Below are positions 1 through 11,599 of a DNA stretch of 64,000 nucleotides, piece by piece. A program made the position numbers and the translations under genes. Below the pieces are notes generated by a model. The model saw only the letters and a program-made list of their open reading frames with translations. It did no database searches and was not told the origin of the DNA. The DNA comes from Octopus sinensis (taxonomy: Eukaryota). How positions within the stretch are numbered: the stretch's first letter is position 1; every line of letters begins with the position of its first letter. The DNA lies in contig NC_042999.1 of assembly GCF_006345805.1 (NCBI RefSeq), forward strand, positions 32,488,001 through 32,552,000, written 5' to 3'.

Positions 1-235
1 TATCTAAACTATAAATTCTGACAATTTCTAATATATTTCAATGGAAAAGCAGCTGTTTTATATAATGAACGCTTTCACATGACATATTTCTACCCTCAGC
101 ACAAGGAATTATACTTATCAAGAAAAGAACATTTTGCCGCACAAGACATACATATGTACAAAATTTAGATCGCACCTTCAGCAAAAGACATTTAATTGCA
201 ATCAGGTTCGATAACAAACGGAGCGCACGTAATGT

Positions 236-321
236 TGCAGTACGACCGTTTCAAGCGACTCCATTTAATTGAGCAATGGAATCATTACATCAATTTAAAT
301 GCAGTGCCGTCATCAGCTGCA
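236..321 (-). ncRNA. Type I minimal hammerhead ribozyme (minus strand)
   Basis: Minus strand reads UGCAG CUGAUGA [57-nt stem II] GAAA CGGUCG UA CUGCA. Stem I 5 bp, core intact, predicted GUA cleavage between 241 and 240. The first stem II pair is a C-U mismatch. Confidence 0.75.
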
Positions 322-520
322 CAAATGAAGAAGTAGAATTTTAATCAGTTGGACGCATTAATATATTTCTAAAATACTTTAACAGAGGAAGAAGATGGGA
401 GAAATTGTAGCCAAAATTAGACTATTCTTAGCTACAATAGCGACACCATGAATTTCTTCTATCTAGCTCCGTTAAAGTATTAGAGAATGATGTGTCCAAC
501 TCATTATTCTATTTATTTAT

Positions 521-612
521 TGGTGCAGCTGATGAAGGCACTGCATTTAAACTGATGTAATGATTGCATTGTTCAAGTAAATGTAATCGCTTGAAAAGGT
601 CGTACTGCATCA
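521..612 (+). ncRNA. Type I minimal hammerhead ribozyme (plus strand)
   Basis: UGGUGCAG CUGAUGA(529-535) aggc...gcuu GAAA(593-596) AGGUCG UA(603-604) CUGCAUCA. 8-bp stem I (one G-U), long irregular stem II. Stem III has a C>A change relative to the partner copy. Confidence 0.72.
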
Positions 613-732
613 CTACTTGACATCCTGTTGCTTATTTTCATATTATTTACATTATTTCGAGCTGTGGGGACAATACCGGACTGACTTGGTGCTTCAACTT
701 AAGTGCCTAATTCGAATGAATCTCAATTATTT

Positions 733-766
<34 letters not shown>

Positions 767-809
767 CATGTGTACACATGTGCGTATAGACTGGGTCACC
801 TACGTGTTC

Positions 810-833
810 AGTAGTAGTAGTAGTAGTAGTAGT

Positions 834-865
<32 letters not shown>

Positions 866-911
866 TAGTAGTAGCAGCATCAGCAGTAGTAGTAGTAGTA
901 GTAGTAGTATT

Positions 912-943
<32 letters not shown>

Positions 944-950
944 TAGTAGT

Positions 951-984
<34 letters not shown>

Positions 985-1085
985 CTAGCAGTAGCAGTAG
1001 TAGCAGCAGCAGCATCAGTAGTAGTAGTAGTTGCAGTAGTAGTAGTAGTAGTAGTAGTAGTTGCAGTAGTAGTAGTAGTAGTTGC

Positions 1086-1119
<34 letters not shown>

Positions 1120-1170
1120 TAGTAGTAGTAGTAGTAGTAGTAGTAACATGAGCAGCAGCAGCAGCAGTAG
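810..1170. repeat. Compound trinucleotide microsatellite (AGT)n/(AGC)n
   Basis: Alternating blocks of agt and agc units; source of the poly-S/T/L ORFs. Confidence 0.97.
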
Positions 1171-1521
1171 ACGACATATTTATGCCATAGGTCTATAGTA
1201 ATCTTTTTGCATATATCAGTTGTCAACTTTCTTGAAAATAGACCAAGGATATTTTAACAGTAGTTTCAAAGTTTCTCTAGTATTGGATGAGTGGATTGAA
1301 AATTTGCTGACGTATTCTTGTTCTTCTTTGCGTGTATTTTTGGTTTGAATTAGATGGTTTGCTAAAGTATCATTCACCTTTACATGTATAACTTACATCC
1401 GTTAATTCAGTCTCATTAATTACTTTAATTAATAACCATGCTAGCATACTTTAGTTAGAACCCCCTTATCGTGTCCCAATAAAGTGTAGCTGATATTTTC
1501 GCCTTGCAGCTTTTATTTGAT

Positions 1522-1676
<155 letters not shown>

Positions 1677-2517
1677 ATGTAGTTAACCTCAGATTTTCAT
1701 TATTCATTCAGTCAAATATTGTTTCTGAACGAGAATTTAAACCCTGTAGATTAAGCCGGGTTGTTTGTAATTATACTTAGTGTGCTCCTTGTCCAACTAT
1801 GACTCCATTAGGAATATACCTATCATATTAATTCAGACAGTGACAACTTGGTCAGAGAAATTGTTGTTGATTCAGTCTTAAAAACACATTATGTATGTTA
1901 AATGCGATAACTAAAAACAAGTAAAATGATTTGATTAAGATACTTTCTTGTTAATAGGAGCAGGAATATTAAGTGGGTACTGCATCTAATATCTATTTCA
2001 TATTTGTATCTGTTGGGTGTCGGTATATACCAAAGAAAGCGCTAGCAATATAGAGAATGTTGTCATTTGAATATAGGCTTCAAATATTTATTTGACTATA
2101 TTACCGATAGTTATAGATTATTTGAGAGAAACTTTTCTTTAGGCTACACTGAAAAATCTCTGAAGTAGTAGTCGGATTGTTTATTATGTGAAATCGTTAT
2201 ATTCTTTCGTTTGTGACAATTGTAGAAAAATTATAGAAAGCAAAAAAGAAAAAAGAAATTTAAAATAAGAAAAGGAAAATAAGTTAGCTGAAAAGTTCCA
2301 ACGCTCGACGCTCGTATATAATAGTTTAAGTCGTTTGAAAATAGCCCGTGGATACAAGGTTGTTCTTCTTTTCGTTGAAGTTACCCTATGATAAAAGGAC
2401 AACGCAAATTAACTCCCTTCACGCAAAACGTATAAACGGCACAAAAGGCCTTATACAGTTTTAGGAGTTGGAGTATATGACAAGGTCTCCCTTTTAATAT
2501 TATTTGTGGTAAGTAAA

Positions 2518-2724
2518 GCGGCGAGCTGGCAGAATTGTTAGCACGATAGACGAAGTGCTTAACGGTATTTCGTCCTTCGCACCGATCTTAGTTCAAATTC
2601 CGCCGAACTCGATTTTGCATTTCATCCTTTCGGAATCGATAAAATAAGTACCAGTTCAACAGTGGGGTTGATGTAATCAACCCATGCCTTCCCTTAAAAT
2701 GACTGCCCTTTTGCCAAAGTTTGA
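2518..2724 (+). mobile_element. tRNA-derived SINE, family A (tail type 1)
   Basis: A-box-like gcggcgagctggcagaattgttag, B-box-like gttcaaattcc, central tttcatcctttcgg..tcgataaaataagtaccag. About 10 homologous copies occur in the window. Confidence 0.85.
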
Positions 2725-2992
2725 CGTACATTATTAAAACAAATATGATATATAATATATCATAAACTGATTTATACATTCATATTATATAGTTCAAAGT
2801 ATATTCATAACACATCACATAATGCAATCAGAGATTCGACTCCTCGGCGCAAAATATTTTGGCAACCAGTAAAGAACGGAGTTGTTCATGTACGTGCATT
2901 TATACATCCTGTAAATCATAGCAATATCTATCTATCTTTCTTTCTCTCTTTCTTTGTATGTATCCATCTTTCTCTCTCTCTCTCCCTCTCTC

Positions 2993-3038
<46 letters not shown>

Positions 3039-3053
3039 TATATATATATAATA

Positions 3054-3119
<66 letters not shown>

Positions 3120-3778
3120 TCACACACAGAGTAAGTAAATTCCCAGTGTTACACGATATTCTGATGAATGTTTCGCTCTATGCCAAACATCCAAATTCTG
3201 TAAGTACATCTTTCGGAAATTCTATCAATCAGCTTCTTGCAAATCTCGCAGGTGGCGGGGTAATGCATTACCGAAGAGATTAGACTTATATAATTTTGAA
3301 GAATGCGTAATGGAATATTATACGTAGAAATGTTTTCGTGTAAATAATTGTTAATATTTAATACTTCAAATTGCAGGTTGATAAAATGTGCGATACTGCT
3401 ACGTAGAATATGCGATGTTGGAAATTTAGATACACATACCTCTTTAATATGTTTGAAAATTGTCAGCCCTCGCTGAAAATGAGAACTAGTTAAATCTTCC
3501 TGGTGCAATATATTAACACAAGCTTAAAATACATAAGATATTTCATCATTAGTTACGAAATAAAAGTGACAGCTATCCACGGTCCTTTGGAACTAGAGAG
3601 GAAATTCTGATAGCATATAGAAATCAGCAAATAAAGCGTGTTTTGACACGTGATGAGATATGGGACTTGCAGTAAAGCATTAAAGAAAATATTGAAAATA
3701 TAGCTAATCGATTCCTAAATAAAAAAAAGGGATAATGGTATCAACGGTATGCCCAGCTTAATTCACTAAGATATTTAT

Positions 3779-3784
3779 TTTCTT

Positions 3785-3815
<31 letters not shown>

Positions 3816-3867
3816 TTCTTCTTCTTCTCCTCTTCTTCTTCTTTTTCTTCTTCTTTTTCTTCTTCTT

Positions 3868-3898
<31 letters not shown>

Positions 3899-3901
3899 AT
3901 A

Positions 3902-3971
<70 letters not shown>

Positions 3972-4053
3972 CAGTAGTAGTAGTAGCAGTAGTAGTAGTA
4001 TTATGATTGTTATTAATTATTATTATTATTATTATTATTATTATTGTTATTTA

Positions 4054-4124
<71 letters not shown>

Positions 4125-4177
4125 GTTCTTATTAATTATTATCATCATTATCATTATTATTATTATTATTGTTATTA

Positions 4178-4213
<36 letters not shown>

Positions 4214-4292
4214 CTGCTGCCGGTGGTGCTAATGGTGAGGCTGCTACTACTACTACTACTACTACTACTACTATTACTACTACTACTACTAT
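3779..4292. repeat. Compound trinucleotide array (TTC)n-(ATT)n-(AGT)n-(ATT)n-(ACT)n
   Basis: Direct reading. Confidence 0.97.
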
Positions 4293-4899
4293 GACCACAA
4301 ATTCAGGAAGTTAAATTAAGTGATCTAATGTGCGTGTATGTATGTGTTTGCGCGAGCGCGTGTGTGCGTTGACCATCGTCAATCATGTGCACTGACGTTC
4401 AAATTTTAATCAGTTCCTCATTCAAAGGACAATGAATCTTGTTTCACTTAATAGGAGTAATTAAGGACAAATTATGGAATGAGTGTTAGGAGATACTTGA
4501 GAGTATCTGCAATTAAAAAGTATTATGCCAAAAATATGAATGGCTGAAGATGAATGCAGGAAATGAATCCGAAGATACTGTATGCAAATATGCATGCAAA
4601 ACTAAAAGCTGCAACATTCATTCCTTCCTCAATACATACATACACATATGCATATGTGAGTTTGCGGCTGTATCCATGTGTGTAATATATATATGTGAGT
4701 GTGTGTGAGTGTGTGTGTGGATTTGTGGATGTTGGTTTGTGCGGGTGAGTGTGTCTGCTTGTCTGTATGTGTATGTGTATATGCAAGTTACTGATGAAAA
4801 TATGAAGAACAGGACAAGTTGATAGACTTGCAGATAATGCATTACATTGACACATAGTTGAAACTTCACATGGAAACATTGGAGGGACGTTTCGTTGGA

Positions 4900-6000
4900 A
4901 AGAGGAAGATGTCGAAAGGGTAGAAAGCGGAGGAAGGAGCAGACAGTGCAACCACTGCACGTGGGTCGTTACCTGGCCGAAATGTATCTAATTCAAAGTA
5001 GGGGAGAGAAAAAGAAAGTGGGTTTTGAAGAAATGTCAGTGTAAAAATGGCCGTTATGTGTGTGAGAATGTACAAATGCGTGAGAGAGAGAGAGAGAGAG
5101 AGTGTGTGTGTGTGTGTGTGGCATGTATATTCGTGTATGTTTTGGCATGTTTATGCATGTGCTTGTAGCGAGTATGTGTTTGTATATTAGGCAGAGCGGT
5201 CTGGGATGGCACTATATGCATGCGCGCGGTTGTGCTTACGAGAGTGAGAAGTTTATGAGGAAAGTAAGGGAGTAGGTTAGTAGTAGTACTGAGATTTAGT
5301 AATGGACAGGCATGGGGCCGAGAGATCAAGTGATGTGTGTGTGAGTACCTGTGTGTCACTGTGTGTGTACATATGTGTTTGTGCGTGTGCGTATTAGTGT
5401 GTGCCAGTACATCTGGACGGGGGTGTATGTGTGTCTGTGTGTTTTGATGTAGGTGAGGAGACGGTAAGTTTATCAGCTCGACGGTGGTCAGACTGTCCAA
5501 TATATAAAGAGTCGGCGCAAAGGGTATATTTGAGGCAATATGTGAGGTCAGAAGATATACAGGAGAATGTGTTTCAGATGTGATAAACGGGAAGAGAGGT
5601 TTCTAGAAAGTTGACAGAGGTGTCGGAGATGAGAGAGATGAAACTACTGAGAGGGGTGTTGCCGCAATACGGGCATCTATGTAACGACTGTATAGCTCTG
5701 GGATTAGTCGAGAGAGGTGAGAGAACATATTGGTCTCAACATAACCAAACTACAAGTTAGTGAAGTTGTGGTCCATTTTCGTTCCCATGATGACCCCAGC
5801 ATAATGCTGTTAGACATGCCCGCGTATGGGGAACAGTTAAGTATGAGATCGTTTATAGAAAGCAGGGGAAGAGTAGATGATCTTTGTTTGAGGATGTAGT
5901 GACGGTGGAGAGAATACTGGAAAGCAAGAAGGTAGGGTGGCAGTCATTCTGGGGACATGGTACTGAGGGATTGGGTGCCCATGGTAAATCTCGAGGCAAG
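4900..6000 (-). mobile_element. Decayed Penelope-like element (Neptune-like) C-terminal region with GIY-YIG endonuclease
   Basis: Minus frame at ~5460-5590 gives HI*NTFSCISSDLTYCLKYTLCADSLYIGQSDHRRADK, matching the FTC.S.N.IY.I.C..C...YIG.T.R GIY-YIG pattern. Upstream CHPT and PLLS/YKRSHT linker relics; downstream FELDTFRPGND resembles the F.LGTL.P.GLN terminus. Confidence 0.7.
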
Positions 6001-6270
6001 AAGGGCCAGGTGGGAAGAAAAAGGAGATGGAAAGGTAAAGAGAGCATTGTTGGTGTCGTGAATATGGGAAGAAAGGGAAACGACTAAACTACAAAGGATG
6101 GGGGTGAAAGTGTTTTGAAATGTACCCTGTTGGGCAGCCCCTACCAGGAACAGTGGGTCAGCCAGGTTTGCTGGGTTTCTACAGTATATGTATGTATGCT
6201 TCTGTGTGTTTGAGTGTGTGTGTGTGTACACATGTGTCCATGCACACACACACACAAACACACGCACACA

Positions 6271-6314
<44 letters not shown>

Positions 6315-7047
6315 CACATGGTGTGCATTACAACAAAAGACTTCCTATTCTCGTTACTTTGTTATAACTATGAAATATGAGTAGCACGGTAAAACCGGTG
6401 TACAGTTAAGAGCGGAATCTTGACCACTCCACTCAGGCGATCAAATACAATCGATGCCGGATAAGCTCTAGTTTAATAAGCATGTAGCATAGAAGATTAC
6501 TTTAATACTTTTATATGTTACGTAAGTGTGCGTGCGTGTATGCGTTTATGGTAAATCTATTAAAATTTAACACAGATATGACTTTTCAGCTCTGTTCCGA
6601 AGTATCAGAAACTGAAGATATTTAGCTATATAGAACTGTGCAACATAATTTCCAAACAATTTTTAGCAATTCCAAATCGTTCAAGTAGATTATTCCCCTT
6701 ATTCGTTACATATTTGTGTGAGACTATGTTGGTATTTTAAATTAGTTGTACTTCATCAGGCAGAGTTCCACACGTTTTCGATTTACCAAATTTTACTCCT
6801 AATGCTTTGGCCATATGACAGATTAACTATATAAGTCACTCATAGGCGACCTCCATCTAATGAAACACAGACATTCTGTGTCCCCTCTCTCTCCCTTGTC
6901 TACTGTACTATATGGCTTCTGCTCCTTGCAGCTACCTGAGCTCACCTCACTTCCTCTGAAATGTTCCAATCCCACTTGCCGCTTCTTTCCTTATCATCCA
7001 TCTAATGTCCACCGCCCCATCCCACTTTTGCAAAATGCTTTACATTC

Positions 7048-7116
7048 CGAGTTCAAATTCCACCTATGTGGATTTCACTTTCGTCATTTGAGGGTTGATA
7101 AAATAAGTACCAGTTG
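7048..7116 (+). mobile_element. SINE family A fragment
   Basis: gagttcaaattcc...gttgataaaataagtaccagtt matches the other copies. Confidence 0.7.
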
Positions 7117-7875
7117 AATGTGTAACCAGTTCAGTTGGTCATAGAACTGGAATGATCATCCTAGAAGCAGATAAAGAACCATTTCTTTTCGGTTTTTTTC
7201 TGTACTTATACACATCAACAAATGAGCCAATGAGGTAATATCTGTGTGGTTGTTCACGTTGCTAGAAATAAGAGACAAATCTCCATCGCATTATGCTCTA
7301 ACATTTTTTTAAATGAAGAACTATATGAAAACTATATGAAAAAAATATGTAAATTATAAGGACAATTGAGAAAATAAAATTCTAATTGATAAATATAAAT
7401 TTTTATCAGAACAAAACACGCGTGTGAAGTAAATTGCGTGGTGAGAAGAATCAGCACAACACAACTTGCAATTGAAGTGAAACACAACACAACCTGCGGT
7501 TGTCATAGTAACGAGCTGTGAATGCCTCGCTGTCTGTTCATTGGGTAACATTACCCAAATTTTCACAACTGTCATTACAAATTACATCAGATTCATAAAT
7601 TTACGAGATAAGGTAATTGCATGATCGTTATCAAAATACAGAGTTGCACCGATGCACCAAAATTGGAAGCAATCTAAGCGAAAATAAAGGACGCTGATTT
7701 TTTGAATCATTTTAACTAGATCCTGTTTTTCTGTTGTTAACGTTTTTATTTATTTTTTCTGGTTCCTCTGATACTGGCTCTTTGGTTCACTAAGTGACAG
7801 ATTTGGCTCCAACCTGTACAATTTTTTTTTATTTTCCGTAAAAATTGTTATTTAATGTGCGTGTGCATGTGTGTG

Positions 7876-7928
<53 letters not shown>

Positions 7929-8064
7929 CTATGAAAAATACACGGTTAATTACTGCACGAGTAACATGTAAACAGATAGGACAACGATGACATGACGGTG
8001 ATTTTAGCGATCTGGGAGAAGAAAAATTTGTTTTTGCCTCATAAAATTGATTCGACAGGTAAAT

Positions 8065-8290
8065 TTAACCATTTAGTATTCAAGTTACTCTGTCAAATGT
8101 ATTGCTTATTTATTCATATTGCTTTCAATTAATCACTCATCATCTTCTAATTTCAACATTTCGATGGTTTGATTGTTTATATTTAGACTGACATTGTAAG
8201 AAAGGTATGAGACATCAGATCTAGTCATTTTGAACATAAAAAAAGATAGAACAATTTGGCCAGATGTGAGCTATTTAAATGCTAAAATTT
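8065..8290. mobile_element. Possible decayed MITE (TTAA-flanked at the left end, piggyBac-like)
   Basis: Left end ttaa-cc-atttagtattcaa; right end ttaaatgctaaa is a 10/12 inverted match. The right TTAA is lost. Confidence 0.35.
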
Positions 8291-8994
8291 TCAGATATTG
8301 CTTGTATTCCTATTAAAATTATTGTCTTGATCACAGTATGCGTGTACAGAGCGAGAGAGGAAGAGAGAGAATGAGAGGCAGGAAGTGAGAGAGAAAGGAT
8401 GTGACAGAGTGTAACTGTATAAGTGCAACAATACGTCATTAAGTAGACATATATTCTTAAATGTAACTCAGAGATATACTGGAATTAAAAGATTTTGTGG
8501 GGAAATTAACTACTAATAAAGGAAGCTTCTATAGAAATTACGAACTACTGATTCTACTGCTGACCAAAAATTCCTGGGAGTACCAGAAGAATTGTATATA
8601 TTGTCTTTAAAATCAATTCAAGTCAATGGTTTCCCATTGCAGCTATGTTCGCTAGTGAAAATTTCTTAGGCATCTTCTTACATCTTTCCGCCTTTCCTTA
8701 ACTCCGTTAACACATACCGAACTATTCATGAAACTAAATGTAAGCCTTTAAGTCACTTGAAGCATATCATAAAATATTTTTAAAAAAAACTTTTCTCTTA
8801 AATTGTTCATACATATTAGTCAATCCATCAGTCTTCTTGAGAAGGTCATTGGGGGGAAGTAGGAATATAGTGATACAGGTAGACAGGACTCGCACAGCTA
8901 TATTTCATTTTCGAATTATTTCATTAAATAAAACGCGGCGAATTCTTTCTCCTTTCTTTTTGATAAGAAATACCTCAATGAATATAAATATTGA

Positions 8995-9130
8995 TTTCAA
9001 ATTTTGGCAGAATGCCAACAGATTCTAAGGAGGTGGGCGAGTCGATTACATCAATGCCAGTGCTCGACTGGTATTTATTTTATCTACCCTGAAATATGTG
9101 AGGCAAAGTGGACCGCGGCGGAATTTTGAG
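8995..9130 (-). mobile_element. SINE family A, 5'-truncated, tail type 1
   Basis: Reverse-complement homology to 2590-2724. Confidence 0.75.
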
Positions 9131-9174
9131 TTAGAAATCGAAGAAGTGTGAAATAAATTAATATAAACATTTCT

Positions 9175-9386
9175 TTCTTTATTGCCCACGGGGACTAAAC
9201 ATAAAAGGGACAAGCAAGGACAGGCAAAGGGATTAACTCGATTACATCGACGTCAGTACTAATCTACCCCGAAAGGATGAAAGGTAAAGTCGACCTCGGC
9301 GGAATTTGAACTCAGAACGTAACGGCAGACGAAATACGGCTACGCATTTCGTCCGGCGAGCTAACGTTTCTGCCAGCTCGCCGCCT
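9175..9386 (-). mobile_element. SINE family A, tail type 2
   Basis: gaaaggatgaaaggtaaagtcgacctcggcggaatttgaactcagaacgtaacggcagacgaaatac...tgccagctcgccgcc. Confidence 0.9.
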
Positions 9387-11016
9387 TAATTAATATAGAT
9401 ATTGAAAGGAGCGGCTTACACTGTATATTCGGAAATCATCCTTGGTCCAGTTGATAGTGCAGAATTTGTGGATATATTAAATATAATATAATTGACCTTA
9501 TTGTGTATTCTGGAGACAGTATTTCATATTATGTATTCCAAGACACGAGCTTTCTCTGCCACGCACTGCCAATGGCATTGGCAATAGTAGTTGTGTGGTG
9601 CGATACATTCTATAAAGGATAGGTTTTCTGGGTATATGTAATTGCCTGCTGTTTAAGATTGAATATTTGACTGCATGTTTTTGATTCTACCTAGAAAGAT
9701 AGTTATGAAAAATTGCAGTAGAACACTAGTATAACATATTTCAAGGTACTTGTATACGCATGGGAATTATAAATGATTTCGTTTGCTTTGTTGTTGCTGT
9801 TTCCATTGCTGTCAGGTTTTGAAATCTGAAGCAAAGAGAGAATATTGCCTCGTGAATGAAGCAGCGAAAGACTTTCGATTTAAATATCGCTGAAAGGAAA
9901 TAAATTGGTATATAATTTAATAACACACGCATTGCACTGTATTGTTGGTTTGGAGTGACGATAAACTATGTATCTTCTGCACAAATTTCCCATCTCAACA
10001 TATAGCATACATATTTAATCTGTAAATGCTTAACAAAGAATATATCATAAACAAGGCAGAAAGAAAACCGGTTTCGATCTATGGATGTGCTTGAATCTGC
10101 GTATCCGCAATGAGTTGCGTGCCTGTAAGCCTGTAAGTACAGTGATGCATGTATGTGTTTGTGTGTGTGTGTGTGTGTTCATGAGTGTTTCTTCAGAGAG
10201 TATTTTGAAGAAGAAACAGCAATAAATGAGTAGAAGCAAGCATTTGCAACAGATACTGTAATGAATTTAAAGTCAACAATTCCATTAATCGACACCAAAT
10301 GGATAACGAAAATGGGCGACTACGAACGAAAACGGAAAATAAAGAAAAATATGACATTCTCTGAGAGGCATATCAAAGCTGTAATGCCTTTTATTAAGGT
10401 GCATGGCATTTGTACATGTTTCAATTCAGTAGTTTAATTAAGGCTAAATTCGAGCGACGCAATTACAAAGAATTGTGTGCATAACTGCTGTGTACAAACG
10501 GCAGAAATTTTGTTAGAGAAGATTTTGATGTTAATTATATAAACAAGTGAAATGAGAGGATGAATTTGTCGTTGTAGATCACATAGACAAGTGGACGCCA
10601 TTGATCCAGTTGTGAATATGATGAAGACTTAAATAGGTGCCATGAATCTGTGTGAAAATCCAATAACTCAGAACTGTAAGTGCTTCAAAAACATTAAAAC
10701 ACAGGTCTCGCATCTTAATTTCAGTAGAAGATTGTGAAATGATCTCATCTGAATGAAAGAATTCCACATTGATCAACTGCTATTCACTACAACTATTTAG
10801 GCGTGTAATCTATCAATGTGTGTATGTGCGTGTGTATGTGTGTGTATGTGCGCGCGCGCGTGTGTGTGTGTAATGCTTCATATTTGTGTGTCAATGTTGA
10901 AAGTGCAAGCGTACGTTTGTATCAAAACTGTCTGCTAATGTAGGAATTTGCACTTTATATACACGAAACTCTCACTCCGTCTACGCTTTGAAACTCCTGC
11001 CAAATGAACTTTATGC

Positions 11017-11056
<40 letters not shown>

Positions 11057-11112
11057 ATTTGTTTGTGTAATAAGATAAAAAAACAAGTATGTGTGGTTAT
11101 TAGAGATAGAAT

Positions 11113-11164
11113 GTCTTACAGCTGTTTCTAAGATAATTATTAATAATATCCCTTCATCGGAGAC
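11113..11164 (-). ncRNA. Minimal hammerhead with variant core CCGAUGA
   Basis: Minus strand: GUCU CCGAUGA agggauauua..uaauuaucuua GAAA CAGCUG UA AGAC. 4-bp stem I, palindromic stem III, U4C change in the core. Confidence 0.65.
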
Positions 11165-11470
11165 GGTGTCAGAGAATAGTTATGTCATAGTTAGTTCAGA
11201 TGTGATACAAAATAGAAAGTGAGGTGGAGGAAAGAAAATAGATGCAAGATATGTATGGGTATTGAAGTTGTAAATCCCTTTTATAGGCATAATGGTATAT
11301 ATGCAATATTCCAATATCATGTGATGAATGTCCAAAAGCCCAACAGAGTTTAAAATGAATGCTTCCAAATATAGAGTTTATAAGCAATGTAAGATTCCCT
11401 TATGTGTGAGATCCAGCAGATGCACTTTTAACAGTCAACTTTAATTTCCTTAATCTGAGCTGCCCTGAGG
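11165..11470 (-). mobile_element. PLE 3' end relic (endonuclease C-terminus) upstream of the hammerhead
   Basis: Minus frame HKGILHCL*TLYLEAFILNSVGLLDIHHMILEYCIY resembles the PLE C.LCL.E..FIL....LLN...E....C.H terminus. Homologous to 45990-46260. Confidence 0.55.
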
Positions 11471-11514
11471 GCAATATCCGCTCTCATGTCTCTAAACAAC
11501 TATACAGAAGACAG

Positions 11515-11593
<79 letters not shown>

Positions 11594-11599
11594 ATTTCA

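Larger units (their letters stand above)
210..635. repeat. Diverged long inverted repeat (fold-back) centred near 421, each arm carrying a hammerhead motif
   Basis: 234-406 is the approximate reverse complement of 450-612 (e.g. tgcagtacgaccgtttcaagcga vs tcgcttgaaaaggtcgtactgca; aatactttaac vs gttaaagtatt). Central hairpin attgtagc(404-411)...gctacaat(431-438). Outer limits are fuzzy. Confidence 0.85.

Noticed and set aside
723-1226. Poly-Thr/Ala, poly-Ser and poly-Leu ORFs
   Set aside because: They are translations of an (AGT)/(AGC) microsatellite open in several frames, with no splice or codon evidence. The same applies to all YI/CV/HT-repeat ORFs in the track.
3155-3205. CUGAUGA followed by a 6-bp hairpin (atgttt/aaacat)
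   Set aside because: GAAA is replaced by CCAAA and there is no palindromic stem III. The region may instead be a decayed Tc1-like 3' end, also too weak to call.
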